A DNA stretch of 64,000 nt from Dehalococcoidia bacterium (lineage in GTDB: Bacteria > Chloroflexota > Dehalococcoidia > GIF9 > UBA5629). How positions within the stretch are numbered: position 1 is the first letter of the stretch; each line of letters opens with the position of its first letter. The DNA lies in assembly GCA_050011565.1 (NCBI GenBank), contig JBEKIW010000002.1:32001-96000 (forward strand), in the 5' to 3' direction. The position numbers and the translations under genes were made by a program. The notes under the pieces are model-generated. The model saw only the letters and a list, made by a program, of their open reading frames with translations, did no database searches and had not been told where the DNA came from. Of this stretch, positions 46,898-56,737 are shown piece by piece.

Positions 46898-48808
46898 GTG
46901 CCGAAAAAATCGGAGAACGGTAATAGCGTGCAACCTAGAATAACTCTATGCTCTGTTTGCCACTCACAAATGCCCGCCGGCCAGTCTCTCTGTAAAAACT
47001 GCGGCTCAACGCTATGCCCGCATTGCCGAGAGCTTCTGCCGCAAAGGTCGAGGTATTGTCCGAAATGTGGATTCCTCAGTATTGCAGAAGAACAAAGCCC
47101 GGTCAGAAAATCAGCCCCATCATCCATATCAGCCAGGCCCCAAGCTATCCCGATTCCGCGCGTCTCTGTTGCTGCGTCACAACCTATGGCACAGGCCGCC
47201 GTACCCCAGCAGCCATTCGGGACTCCTCCGGTGCCGCATCAGCGTAACTGTCCCAAATGCGGCGCCACCATTGACCATGAGTTGGGGCGCTGCTCCGGCT
47301 GCGGCCTGCTTTATGGAGGCAAACATCGGGTGATGCAACAACAAACGCCGCCGGCGACAGCACCGGCACGCCCTGCACTTCCACCTAGACCACAAAGTTT
47401 TATGAGGCAACAACCGCCGGCAGCCAAGGCTAGGCCTCAATACGGTAATCCCATGCCTGGCGTTCCTGTGCCAAGTGTGCCCAGCTTTGGAAGGAGTCCA
47501 ACAAATTATGGTTCGCCCGGTCTTCCGCCACAGGGCGGCATACTAATGCCAATACCAAGTGTGGCCCCGGCGACTGTCGGCGCTGCGCCTACCAGCGTAC
47601 CCATGGCACCAAGGCCTTATCGATATCAAGCGGCACCGCCAGTTTCTGACACGCGGCTTGCTCCAGTCTCGCGCAAGGGGGGATTATCCGGCTTCGCTAT
47701 TACTATGATTATTATCATGTGCCTTCTTATCGGCGGCGGCATCTACTACTTCCTCAACCGAACCGGGACGACATCGACTCCAGATAATGCCGTAAGCACC
47801 TCAACTCTTACAATGCAAAACCCCCCTATTACATCGACAACCGAAACGGGCGCTACTATTAAATGGACGACCGACAAACCGTCTACTAGCCTGGTTAAAA
47901 TAACCGATGCGAGTGGTGCGGCTATTAAAACAATACCCGAGGAAACCTTGTCCTCCAGCCACTCTATAACTATAAGCGGCCTTAGTCCCAGCACGACGTA
48001 CCACTACACTGTGGTATCTACAGATGCTGCCGGCATTGAAACAACATCCGAGGGGAAACTGACAACGACAACCGCAGCCACAACTGACAAGACCGCGCCA
48101 ACAATCTCAGGAGTTAACGTTTCCAACATTACTGAATCCGGCGCTGTCATCACCTGGATAACGGATGAACCTGCCACCAGCCAGGTTAAATACGAAAAAA
48201 CTGAAAAAACTAGCTCGACGACGCCAGTAAATAAGAATCTCACTACCAGCCACAGTGTCATACTAACCAAACTCGACTCCGGCACAGCGTATAGCTTCAC
48301 TATAATATCCAAAGACGCCGCTGGTAACGAGGCTACGTCCTCAGCCAGCCAAACATTCACGACTCTCACTCCTATCCCGGTCGGTACTCAAGTCGGCAAC
48401 CGCGCCCCAGACTTCACGCTTCAAAACCTCGACGGACAGAATGTGACCTTAAGCAGTTACAGAGGTAAGACCGTCATGATTAACTTCTGGGCCGTCTGGT
48501 GCGACCCCTGTGTCAAGGAATTGCCTTCCATCCAGAATGTTTCTAAGGAATGGTCCAGTAAAGGACTGGTCGTACTCGCTATCGCCGTAAATAACAACGA
48601 ACAACTTGACACCGTTGAACAATACATTACACAAAAGAGCTATACTTTTCCGGTGCTGTTCGATGCGCCAGGTCAGGCTGAAAGTCTTTACAACGTCAGT
48701 ACACTGCCCACAACCTTTTTCATCGATACCGAAGGCGTCATCAGGAAAATGCAGGTGGGGTCTTTCCAGGACCAGGACGGCATAGAATCCATACTCAACT
48801 CCCTCTAA
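46898..48808 (+). CDS. Double zinc-ribbon / Pro-rich / TM / 2xFn3 / TlpA-type thioredoxin multidomain membrane protein
   Basis: Six CxxC in ribbons; P/Q/A-rich linker; TM FAITMIIIMCLLIGGGIYYFL; two W.TD.P Fn3 domains; APDFTL...INFWAVWCDPC...LPTTFFIDTEG. Confidence 0.88.
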   Translation: MPKKSENGNSVQPRITLCSVCHSQMPAGQSLCKNCGSTLCPHCRELLPQRSRYCPKCGFLSIAEEQSPVRKSAPSSISARPQAIPIPRVSVAASQPMAQAAVPQQPFGTPPVPHQRNCPKCGATIDHELGRCSGCGLLYGGKHRVMQQQTPPATAPARPALPPRPQSFMRQQPPAAKARPQYGNPMPGVPVPSVPSFGRSPTNYGSPGLPPQGGILMPIPSVAPATVGAAPTSVPMAPRPYRYQAAPPVSDTRLAPVSRKGGLSGFAITMIIIMCLLIGGGIYYFLNRTGTTSTPDNAVSTSTLTMQNPPITSTTETGATIKWTTDKPSTSLVKITDASGAAIKTIPEETLSSSHSITISGLSPSTTYHYTVVSTDAAGIETTSEGKLTTTTAATTDKTAPTISGVNVSNITESGAVITWITDEPATSQVKYEKTEKTSSTTPVNKNLTTSHSVILTKLDSGTAYSFTIISKDAAGNEATSSASQTFTTLTPIPVGTQVGNRAPDFTLQNLDGQNVTLSSYRGKTVMINFWAVWCDPCVKELPSIQNVSKEWSSKGLVVLAIAVNNNEQLDTVEQYITQKSYTFPVLFDAPGQAESLYNVSTLPTTFFIDTEGVIRKMQVGSFQDQDGIESILNSL

Positions 48809-48825
48809 TAATTCTGCATATACAT

Positions 48826-48850
48826 GTAGCCCCGAGGCTTTAGCCTCGGG
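48826..48850 (+). repeat. GTAG-tagged REP-like hairpin
   Basis: GTAGC-CCCGAGGCT-TT-AGCCTCGGG, perfect palindrome after a GTAG tag. Confidence 0.6.
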
Positions 48851-48862
48851 CAACCGACTATT

Positions 48863-48939
48863 TGTCATTGCGAGGGGCAAAGCCCCGAAGCAATCTCGGT
48901 GGGGAGGTGTGAGATTGCCACGCTTCGCTCGCAATGACA
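48863..48939 (-). repeat. 77-bp palindromic REP-like element, copy 2 (inverted)
   Basis: Reverse complement matches 11447-11523 at 70/77 positions. Confidence 0.9.
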
Positions 48940-49036
48940 GATGGTAATTGCCTGTGCTCCGTGCATACCCCGTCAGAACTAAGGTAAAATCGTGGTTGCC
49001 AAACATACTTCTATTCCCTATACTAGGTTGGTTTTG

Positions 49037-49124
49037 GGAGGGGTGGCCGAGTGGACGATGGCGACGGTCTTGAAAACCGTTTTCGTGAAAGCGAACGTGG
49101 GTTCGAATCCCACCCCCTCCGCCA
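49037..49124 (+). tRNA. tRNA-Ser (anticodon UGA)
   Basis: Acceptor GGAGGGG/CCCCTCC, G discriminator and encoded CCA, anticodon arm ACGGT-CTTGAAA-ACCGT, long variable arm, GGTTCGAATCC T-loop; TTGCCA-17-TATACT promoter upstream. Confidence 0.97.
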
Positions 49125-49125
49125 T

Positions 49126-49193
49126 ATCGCCGTAATTAAAATTAATCGCTGTAATGACGGATAATCGCCGTAATCTGAATTAATCTTTGTAAT
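49126..49193 (+). repeat. Four tandem units at 19-bp period with core ATC(G/T)(C/T)(C/T)GTAAT
   Basis: ATCGCCGTAAT at 49126, ATCGCTGTAAT at 49145, ATCGCCGTAAT at 49164, ATCTTTGTAAT at 49183. Confidence 0.8.
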
Positions 49194-49216
49194 CATATGT
49201 AAAAGGAGACAACCGG

Positions 49217-50389
49217 ATGAAAATCCACGAATACCAGGCCAAGGCGCTGCTGTCCGAATTCGGCATCCCTGTACCCAAAGGTGCTATAGCCAGCACGCCA
49301 GCCGAAGCCGAAACGATAGCCGCTCAGCTTGGAGGTAAGGTGGCCATCAAAGCCCAGGTCTATGCCGGCGGCAGAGGCAAAGCCGGCAGCATAAAGGTGG
49401 CCAACACCCCCGAAGAGGCGGAAAAGCTGGCAGGACAGATAATCGGCACCAGGCTGGTGACACATCAAACAGGTCCGGAAGGCATACCTGTAAGCAAAGT
49501 CCTTGTGGAGAAGGCAGTCAGAGTACAGCGCGAGCTTTATCTCAGCATCATCGTAGATAATGCCAGCCGGATGCCGGTAATGATGGCCAGCGAAGCCGGC
49601 GGCATGGACATCGAGGAGGTAGCTCGAACAAGCCCGGAGAAAATCCTCAAGGTCTATGTCGACCCGTCGGCCGGTTTTCAAGCCTTCCAGGGGCGCAAGC
49701 TGGCCTACGGTATGAACTTAAGCCCGGCCCAGATAAGACCAGCCGCCAGTCTGATGGCAAACCTGTATAAGCTCTTTCAAGCCAAAGACTGCTCCCTGGC
49801 CGAAATTAACCCTCTGGTCGTCACCTCTGACGGTGAAATTATGGCTCTCGATGCCAAGCTGAACTTCGATGACAATGCCCTTTTCCGTCACAGCGATATA
49901 GAGCTGCTTCACGACGTGGAACAGGAAGACCCGCTTGAAGTTAAGGCTAACGACTTAGGTGTCAAGAACTACATCAAAATGGACGGCAATATCGGCTGCA
50001 TGGTTAACGGAGCCGGCCTGGCCATGGCGGTTATGGACCTTATCACCCAGGCCGGCGGCATTCCAGCCAATTTTCTAGATATCGGCACAGTTAATAATAC
50101 CGACCGGGTGGTCGCCGCCTTTAAGGTTTTCACCACCGACCCCAGCGTTAAGGCGATTTTGGTGAACATATTTGGCGGTATAGCCAGAGTAGATGTCATC
50201 GCCCGGGGAATAGTTGAAGCCCACCAGCAAATGGACATCCGGCTTCCACTGGTTGTCAGGTTAGCCGGCACCAATGTCGATGAAGGAAAAAGTATACTGT
50301 CACAATCCAAAATAAAGTTCATCGAGGCAACGAACTTCTATGATGCTGCCCGCAAAGCAGTAGCCGCAGCCAAGGGGGACAAAATTTGA
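49217..50389 (+). CDS. sucC: Succinyl-CoA synthetase beta subunit
   Basis: [46 protein letters not shown]. Confidence 0.96.
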   Translation: MKIHEYQAKALLSEFGIPVPKGAIASTPAEAETIAAQLGGKVAIKAQVYAGGRGKAGSIKVANTPEEAEKLAGQIIGTRLVTHQTGPEGIPVSKVLVEKAVRVQRELYLSIIVDNASRMPVMMASEAGGMDIEEVARTSPEKILKVYVDPSAGFQAFQGRKLAYGMNLSPAQIRPAASLMANLYKLFQAKDCSLAEINPLVVTSDGEIMALDAKLNFDDNALFRHSDIELLHDVEQEDPLEVKANDLGVKNYIKMDGNIGCMVNGAGLAMAVMDLITQAGGIPANFLDIGTVNNTDRVVAAFKVFTTDPSVKAILVNIFGGIARVDVIARGIVEAHQQMDIRLPLVVRLAGTNVDEGKSILSQSKIKFIEATNFYDAARKAVAAAKGDKI

Positions 50390-51273
50390 GCATCCTTATC
50401 GATAAAAAGACGCGCTTGCTGGTGCAGGGCATTACCGGTGGCGAGGGCAGCTTTCACACGCAGCGATGTATCGAGTATGGCACCAAAGTTGTCGCCGGCG
50501 TTACCCCGGGAAAGGGAGGCAGTGAGGCATTAGGCGTACCCGTCTTCAACACCGTAGCCGCGGCAGTAGAAAAAACCGGAGCCAACGCCAGCCTGATTTT
50601 CGTACCGGCAGCTTTTGCCGCTGACGCCATACTGGAAGCTGCCGATGCCGGCATTCCGCTGGTGGTGTGCATCACCGAGGGTATACCTATCCTGGATATG
50701 GTGATGGTACACAATTATCTCAAAGATAAATCAACCCGACTTATCGGCCCCAACTGCCCCGGCCTCATATCCCCCGGAAAATGCAAGGCAGGGCTTATGG
50801 CCGGCGAAATCCATCTGCCGGGCAATGTCGGCGTCGTCTCCCGCAGCGGCACGCTGACCTATGAAACAGTTGCCCAGCTAACCGGCCTGGGCATCGGCCA
50901 GTCTACATGCGTCGGTATCGGCGGCGACCCTCTACCCGGCAGCACTTTCGTGGACATACTTGAACTGTTCCAAAAAGACAAAGATACTAAGGCGGTAGTG
51001 CTCATCGGCGAAATCGGCGGCACCGCAGAGCAGGATGCTGCCAGATTCGTTAAGGGAAAAATGACCAAGCCGGTGGTCGCCTTCGTTGCCGGAGCCACAG
51101 CCCCACCGGGCAGGCGAATGGGCCATGCCGGAGCTATTATCAGCGGCAACTCAGGCAGAGCACAGGACAAGATAGCCGCGCTGGCCGCTGCTGGAGCTAC
51201 CATAGCCAAAAGCCCGGCTGAAATCGGACTCACCACGCAGAAGGTGTTACAGAAATGGAACGTTACCCACTAA
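50386..51273 (+). CDS. sucD: Succinyl-CoA synthetase alpha subunit
   Basis: [41 protein letters not shown]. Confidence 0.96.
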   Translation: MSILIDKKTRLLVQGITGGEGSFHTQRCIEYGTKVVAGVTPGKGGSEALGVPVFNTVAAAVEKTGANASLIFVPAAFAADAILEAADAGIPLVVCITEGIPILDMVMVHNYLKDKSTRLIGPNCPGLISPGKCKAGLMAGEIHLPGNVGVVSRSGTLTYETVAQLTGLGIGQSTCVGIGGDPLPGSTFVDILELFQKDKDTKAVVLIGEIGGTAEQDAARFVKGKMTKPVVAFVAGATAPPGRRMGHAGAIISGNSGRAQDKIAALAAAGATIAKSPAEIGLTTQKVLQKWNVTH

Positions 51274-52697
51274 TTGAGGGGATTAATAGTCCATTAACAG
51301 CTGCCGAAGCTTTTGAGCTGTTTCACAGCCAGCCTCACAGCTTTTTCCTCGATGGCGGAATGGACCCGCAGAGGTTGGGCAGGTACTCCTTTATCGGCAT
51401 CGACCCCTTCCTGGTGATGAGCAGCCGTGGCAACCGGGTCACCATCGTACAGCAGGACAGGCAAGAAAATGAAAAGGCGAATCCATTCGACGTTCTGGGT
51501 AGGCTACTGGAGACATATCGACTGGACTCTTTACCGTCACCGATTCCTTTCTGCGGCGGTGCCGTGGGCTCTCTCAGCTACGACCTGTGCCATTTCATCG
51601 AGCGCCTCCCCACCGCAGCCACAGATGACCTGATGCTGCCGGAAAGCTATTTCGGCTTTTACGATACTATAATCGCTTTCGATAACCTTGAGAACAAAGT
51701 CTATATAGTTTCCACAGGCTTCCCTGAGCTCGACGAGAAACGCAGGCTCAAAAGAGCCGGACTGCGCCTCGAGGAGATGAAAAGCCGACTATCTGCTCCC
51801 CCTCCACACATCACGAAAGAGAATTCAGCGAGCAGCAGGAAAACGACTGAAGCTGTCCTGAAATCAAATTTCACGCCTGAAGGCTATATGGAGGCGGTCA
51901 ACAGAGTCAGGGAATATATCGCCGCCGGCGATGTCTTTCAGGTCAACCTTTCCCAACGCTTCGAGACCGAGCTGACCGTTACCCCTTATGAACTCTACCG
52001 GCGTTTACGACAGATTAACCCCGCTCCCTTTGCCGGCTACCTGAACTTCGACGGCATAACCGTTATCAGCGCCTCGCCGGAGAGATTTCTCCGCGTAGAT
52101 GGTGATTGGGTGGAGACACGCCCCATAAAAGGCACCAGGCCGCGAGGCAAAGACTCGGTTGAAGATGCCATGCTGGCACAAGAGTTGCTCAACAGCGCCA
52201 AAGACCGCGCCGAGAACGTTATGATTGTCGACCTGGAGAGAAACGACCTGGGCAGAGTTTGCCAGTACGGCACCGTAAAGGTAACCGAACTGGCCATCCT
52301 GGAGACCTTTCCTACCGTCTTTCATCTGACTTCCACCGTTATCGGTAAGCTGCGCCCTGACAAAAACCGCATTGACCTGCTTAAAGCTACCTTCCCCGGC
52401 GGTTCCATCAGCGGCGCCCCCAAGGTGCGAGCTATGGAAATTATCGATGAGCTTGAGCCCACGAGGAGAAGCGTCTACACCGGCGCCATCGGCTATTTGA
52501 GCTTCGGCCGCAACCTCGACCTGAACATAGTCATACGCACCTTTATAATCAAAGGCAATAAAGCTTACTTCCAGGTCGGAGGCGGCATCATCTATGATTC
52601 CAACGCCGAGGCGGAATATCAGGAAACTCTGGATAAGGCGAAGGCGCTGATTCAGGCACTGCGTCTGGCACCGAGAGTAGCTGTGAAGAGCAAATGA
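51255..52697 (+). CDS. pabB: Aminodeoxychorismate synthase component I
   Basis: [20 protein letters not shown] (PabB-type PIKGT), [23 protein letters not shown]. Confidence 0.9.
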   Translation: MERYPLIEGINSPLTAAEAFELFHSQPHSFFLDGGMDPQRLGRYSFIGIDPFLVMSSRGNRVTIVQQDRQENEKANPFDVLGRLLETYRLDSLPSPIPFCGGAVGSLSYDLCHFIERLPTAATDDLMLPESYFGFYDTIIAFDNLENKVYIVSTGFPELDEKRRLKRAGLRLEEMKSRLSAPPPHITKENSASSRKTTEAVLKSNFTPEGYMEAVNRVREYIAAGDVFQVNLSQRFETELTVTPYELYRRLRQINPAPFAGYLNFDGITVISASPERFLRVDGDWVETRPIKGTRPRGKDSVEDAMLAQELLNSAKDRAENVMIVDLERNDLGRVCQYGTVKVTELAILETFPTVFHLTSTVIGKLRPDKNRIDLLKATFPGGSISGAPKVRAMEIIDELEPTRRSVYTGAIGYLSFGRNLDLNIVIRTFIIKGNKAYFQVGGGIIYDSNAEAEYQETLDKAKALIQALRLAPRVAVKSK

Positions 52698-53275
52698 TAC
52701 TCGTCATTGATAACTACGACTCGTTCGTCTACAACCTGGCCCAATATCTGGGCGAGCTGGGTTGGCAACCGATGGTATATCGCAACGATAAAATAACTCT
52801 AGCTGAAATTGAGGAACTGGCTCCCAGCCATATAGTTATTTCTCCGGGGCCATGTACACCGCTGGAGGCCGGCATTTCCAACGACGTCATACTTCACTTC
52901 GGCGGCAAAATCCCCATCTTCGGTGTCTGCCTCGGGCACCAGTGCATCGGCCACGTATATGGTAGTATCATCGGACGGGCCTCTATGCCGGTCCACGGCA
53001 AGACTTCTCTAATATATCACGATGGCGAAGCTATCTACGAGGGTATTGAAAATCCTTTCCCGGCAGCCCGCTATCATTCGCTGATTATCAAACCGGAAGC
53101 ACTCCCCTCCTGCCTTAAGGTCACTGCCAGAACCGAGGAAGGAGAGATAATGGGTGTACGGCATAAAAACTATGTAGTCGAAGGCGCCCAGATACACCCT
53201 GAGTCTATACTTACCGAGGCAGGACACGACCTGCTGGCTAACTTCCTCCGCTTCACCCAGCCCGTATGGCCCTAG
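52694..53275 (+). CDS. pabA: Aminodeoxychorismate/anthranilate synthase glutamine amidotransferase
   Basis: IDNYDSF, ISPGP, GVCLGHQ, RYHSL, HPES. Confidence 0.93.
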   Translation: MILVIDNYDSFVYNLAQYLGELGWQPMVYRNDKITLAEIEELAPSHIVISPGPCTPLEAGISNDVILHFGGKIPIFGVCLGHQCIGHVYGSIIGRASMPVHGKTSLIYHDGEAIYEGIENPFPAARYHSLIIKPEALPSCLKVTARTEEGEIMGVRHKNYVVEGAQIHPESILTEAGHDLLANFLRFTQPVWP

Positions 53276-53284
53276 AGTCCACAA

Positions 53285-54151
53285 ATGGAAGAGATTATTT
53301 ACCTCAACGGCGACCTGATTTCAGGCTCTCAGGCTAAGCTATCGCCCTTCAATTTCGGCTTCCTCTACGGCTACGGACTATTCGAGACTATGCGCTCATA
53401 CGGCGGCTCTATCTTTCGCCTCGACCGCCATCTCGCCCGACTTCATGAAGCGGCAAAAACATTGGGCATAGCCGATGAGCTGACCGCGTTCGACCTGGAA
53501 AAAGCCTGCCACGACGTTCTAAAAGCCAATGACCTCGCTGAAGCCCGTCTCCGGCTTACGGTAACCGCCAGCGAAGGCGACATAATTCCCAATCCGGAAA
53601 CCTGCAGCGGTATCACCGTATTCATTGTTGCCCGAAAGCTGGCACCACCACTGCCGGAAAACTACCAGCGAGGCTATTCGGCAATACTATCAACCTACCG
53701 GCGAAACAGCCACTCACCGCTCTCACGGCTAAAGTCCACCAGCTATCTGGAAAACGTCTTAGCCCGACAGGAAGCCAGGGCTGCCGGCTTTGATGAAGTA
53801 GTACTGCTCAACGAAACAGGCTTCGTGGCTGAAGGCGGCACCACCAATATATTCCTGCTAAGCTGCCAGATGCTGATTACGCCCTCTATCGAAAGCGGCG
53901 CACTGCCCGGAATCACCAGAGAGGCTGTACTGGAACTGGCTAAATCAATGGGAATAACGACGGTTGTGAAACAGGTTGAGCTGGGGGAGTTGCTCACCGC
54001 CAGAGAAGCCTTTTTGACCAACTCAATAATTGAAATTATGCCACTAATCCGGCTGGACAATAAGCACATCGGCTCCGGAAAACTAGGCCCGGTAACCCAG
54101 CAGCTTATGTCAAGTTACCGGGAACTGGTAGCCGATAAACTCAGGAGGTAA
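53285..54151 (+). CDS. pabC: Aminotransferase class IV, probable 4-amino-4-deoxychorismate lyase
   Basis: GFLYGYGLFETMR, KSTSY, EG..TNIF, LPGITR, FLTNS; follows pabBA. Confidence 0.8.
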   Translation: MEEIIYLNGDLISGSQAKLSPFNFGFLYGYGLFETMRSYGGSIFRLDRHLARLHEAAKTLGIADELTAFDLEKACHDVLKANDLAEARLRLTVTASEGDIIPNPETCSGITVFIVARKLAPPLPENYQRGYSAILSTYRRNSHSPLSRLKSTSYLENVLARQEARAAGFDEVVLLNETGFVAEGGTTNIFLLSCQMLITPSIESGALPGITREAVLELAKSMGITTVVKQVELGELLTAREAFLTNSIIEIMPLIRLDNKHIGSGKLGPVTQQLMSSYRELVADKLRR

Positions 54152-54157
54152 TTACCA

Positions 54158-56167
54158 GTGGCAACAAGAAAATATTCAAAACTTTTTGAGCCGATTGGCA
54201 TCGGAAAAGTGAAGATTAAGAACAGAATTGCTATGGCGCCTATGGCTATCGGGGGACTGACTACCCAAGAAGGTGGATTTGCCCAGAGGGCAATCGATTA
54301 CTACGTGGAAAGGGCCAAAGGAGGCGTGGGGCTTATAATAACCGGAGCCGCCCTGGTCGATAATGAAATTGAGAAACTTCCCACGCGTGGCACGCTGTCA
54401 GCAGCACAGAATCGCGACCATTTCATTGAAACCGCTTCTGAGTTGACACAAAAAGTGCACGCACACGGCGCCAGGATTTTTGCCCAACTGACAGCCGGAC
54501 TCGGCCGCGTTTTATTTGTACTGGGGGACTCGGTACCGGTGGCACCCTCTGCTATCCCGCATTACTGGAACCCGACTATAACCTGCCGAGAGCTAACCAT
54601 CGAGGAAATCAAGAGACTGGTAATAAAGTGCGGCGACGCCGCGGAGGCGGTCAAAGCCGCAGGGTTCGATGGTATAGATTTCCACGGGCTGCATGAGGGC
54701 TACCTGGTTGACCAGTTCGCCATCGCCATGTTCAACCGGAGGCAGGATAAATACGGCGGAGATTTAAAGCAAAGGTTGACGCTGCCCATTGAAATACTGC
54801 GCGAGATGAAAAATAGAGCGGGCAGGGACTTTCCCGTTCAACTGAGGTTGAGTGTAAAAAGCTACGTCAAAGACTGGCGTCAGGGAGGTCTACCTTGTGA
54901 AGAATTCAAGGAGGCCGCCCGCGATACGGAGGAAGGGCTTGAAGTTGCCAGGATACTGGAAGAGGCCGGCTTTGACGCCTTTGATGCTGATGCCGGCACT
55001 TACGATGCCTGGTATTGGGCACATCCCCCGAATTATTTTGAGCACGGTTGTTATCTACATCTGACTGAAAGGCTCAAGAAAGCAGTAAAAGTCCCGGTCA
55101 TCGTCGCTGGCAGGATGGAACTGCCGGAGCTGGCGGAGCAGGCAGTAGTCGAAGGCAAGGCTGACATGGTCGTGCTCGGCAGAGGCCTCCTGGCTGATCC
55201 GTACTGGCCGAACAAGGTGATGGCAGCAAAGACTAAGAATATACGTCCCTGCCTGGCCTGCCATCAGGGCTGCCTCGGCAGATTGATTTCCCTGGAGGGA
55301 CCGCTTTCCTGTGCGGTTAATCCTGCCTGCGGGAATGAAAGAGACCTGGCCCTCCAACCCGCCGGTGACATAAAGAAGGTGATAGTTATCGGCGGCGGAG
55401 TTGCCGGTATGGAAGCTGCCAGGGTGGCTGCCATCAGGGGACACACGGTAACACTTTACGAAAAGAATGACAGGCTCGGCGGGCACGTTCTTACCGCTTC
55501 AGTCCCGTCCTTCAAAAAAGATGAGGCGCGGCTTCTTGACTGGTATAAAACAGAGTTAGGTGAACTTAAGGTCAAGATTAACCTGGGTAAGAAAGTCTCT
55601 CCTGAGCTGCTGCAGGGAGAAAAACCCGATGTAGTAATTATTGCCACCGGGTCAAAACCTCTCATTCCGGATGTGCCCGGCATAAACAAAGAGAAGGTAA
55701 CCACGGCGATTGACCTTCTTCTGGGCAAGGAGAAAGCCGGGAAAGCGGTGGTAATTGTGGGTGGCGGGCTTATAGGTTGTGAGACTGCGCTCTGGTTGGC
55801 GCAGCAAGGTAAGCAGGTGACTATAGTAGAGGCGTTAAAGGGCCTCATGCAATCCGGCAGCACTGTGCCACGTCCCAACATGATGATGCTCCGCGACCTT
55901 TTAAAATTTCACAAAGTAAATGTGCTAACAGATACGGGCCTCTTCGAGGTTACGGATGATGGCGTTATAGTAATCGAAAAATCCTCGAATAAAACCAAGC
56001 TGCCTGCAGACACCGTGGTTATCGCTGTGGGGCTTATTCCTGACCGGGAGCTCTACAGCTCGCTCAAAGACAGTGTTCCCAACCTTCACCTCGTCGGGGA
56101 TGCCGTAGAGGCTCGGAATATCATGCACGCCATCTGGGACGGATTCGAAGCGGCACGCCATATCTGA
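54158..56167 (+). CDS. NADH:flavin oxidoreductase (enoate-reductase-like OYE with Fe-S and FAD domains)
   Basis: KNRIAMAPM, GFDGI.FH..HEGYL, N.R.D.YGG, RPCLACHQGC...CAVNP, GGGVAGMEAAR. Confidence 0.93.
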   Translation: MATRKYSKLFEPIGIGKVKIKNRIAMAPMAIGGLTTQEGGFAQRAIDYYVERAKGGVGLIITGAALVDNEIEKLPTRGTLSAAQNRDHFIETASELTQKVHAHGARIFAQLTAGLGRVLFVLGDSVPVAPSAIPHYWNPTITCRELTIEEIKRLVIKCGDAAEAVKAAGFDGIDFHGLHEGYLVDQFAIAMFNRRQDKYGGDLKQRLTLPIEILREMKNRAGRDFPVQLRLSVKSYVKDWRQGGLPCEEFKEAARDTEEGLEVARILEEAGFDAFDADAGTYDAWYWAHPPNYFEHGCYLHLTERLKKAVKVPVIVAGRMELPELAEQAVVEGKADMVVLGRGLLADPYWPNKVMAAKTKNIRPCLACHQGCLGRLISLEGPLSCAVNPACGNERDLALQPAGDIKKVIVIGGGVAGMEAARVAAIRGHTVTLYEKNDRLGGHVLTASVPSFKKDEARLLDWYKTELGELKVKINLGKKVSPELLQGEKPDVVIIATGSKPLIPDVPGINKEKVTTAIDLLLGKEKAGKAVVIVGGGLIGCETALWLAQQGKQVTIVEALKGLMQSGSTVPRPNMMMLRDLLKFHKVNVLTDTGLFEVTDDGVIVIEKSSNKTKLPADTVVIAVGLIPDRELYSSLKDSVPNLHLVGDAVEARNIMHAIWDGFEAARHI

Positions 56168-56285
56168 ATTCAGACTGTTTGCCTGTGTTCGCTGGCTCAT
56201 CCCTTAACTTGCTAACGCTAATTCTATTTTAATGATAGAATATGGCTGCCGCCGTGGTACGAGATAGAGGACAAGAGGCAACAGT

Positions 56286-56696
56286 GTGAACATAGATTTC
56301 GCCTTCATTTGCGATTATGCTGATGTGACCAATAAAATTAACGCCCTTGGAATCGGCTTTGACACGATTTTCGCACCCAAAGTACCCACCAAACACCCTA
56401 ATTTCTTTGTGGTCGTACAATTACGGACAAATTTGGTCGAAGCCGGCGATAAGAATCTGGAGGTCTTTTTAATCGATGAGGACGGCAAGGAAATTGTCCC
56501 ACCGCTTAGAACTAAATTCAATATACCCAAGCCTCAGGCAGGAACGGAAAGCATAGGCCGCTTAGCCATGCGGTTTGATAACACTGAATTTCCGAAATAC
56601 GGCTCTTATTCCCTGCACGTAGTGGTGGAAGGGCATGAGATGGTCCGTATCCCGCTGAAGATCAGCCCGCCTCCATCAGCAGAACGAATCCAATAG
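56286..56696 (+). CDS. Conserved hypothetical beta-rich protein (DUF6941-like)
   Basis: FICDYA...KINALG.GFD.I...FP.YG.Y...V.V.G pattern; family recalled, not searched. Confidence 0.65.
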   Translation: MNIDFAFICDYADVTNKINALGIGFDTIFAPKVPTKHPNFFVVVQLRTNLVEAGDKNLEVFLIDEDGKEIVPPLRTKFNIPKPQAGTESIGRLAMRFDNTEFPKYGSYSLHVVVEGHEMVRIPLKISPPPSAERIQ

Positions 56697-56737
56697 CCGC
56701 CAGCTTCCCTATCTCGTAATCGAAAAAGTGGTCTGCT

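Noticed and set aside
49037-49124. tRNA-Ser as an integration site, or as tRNA-Sec
   Set aside because: No integrase and no duplicated 3' end seen in the window; anticodon is UGA (Ser), not UCA.
49126-49193. Mini-CRISPR array
   Set aside because: 11-nt repeats and 8-nt linkers are far too short, and there are no cas genes.
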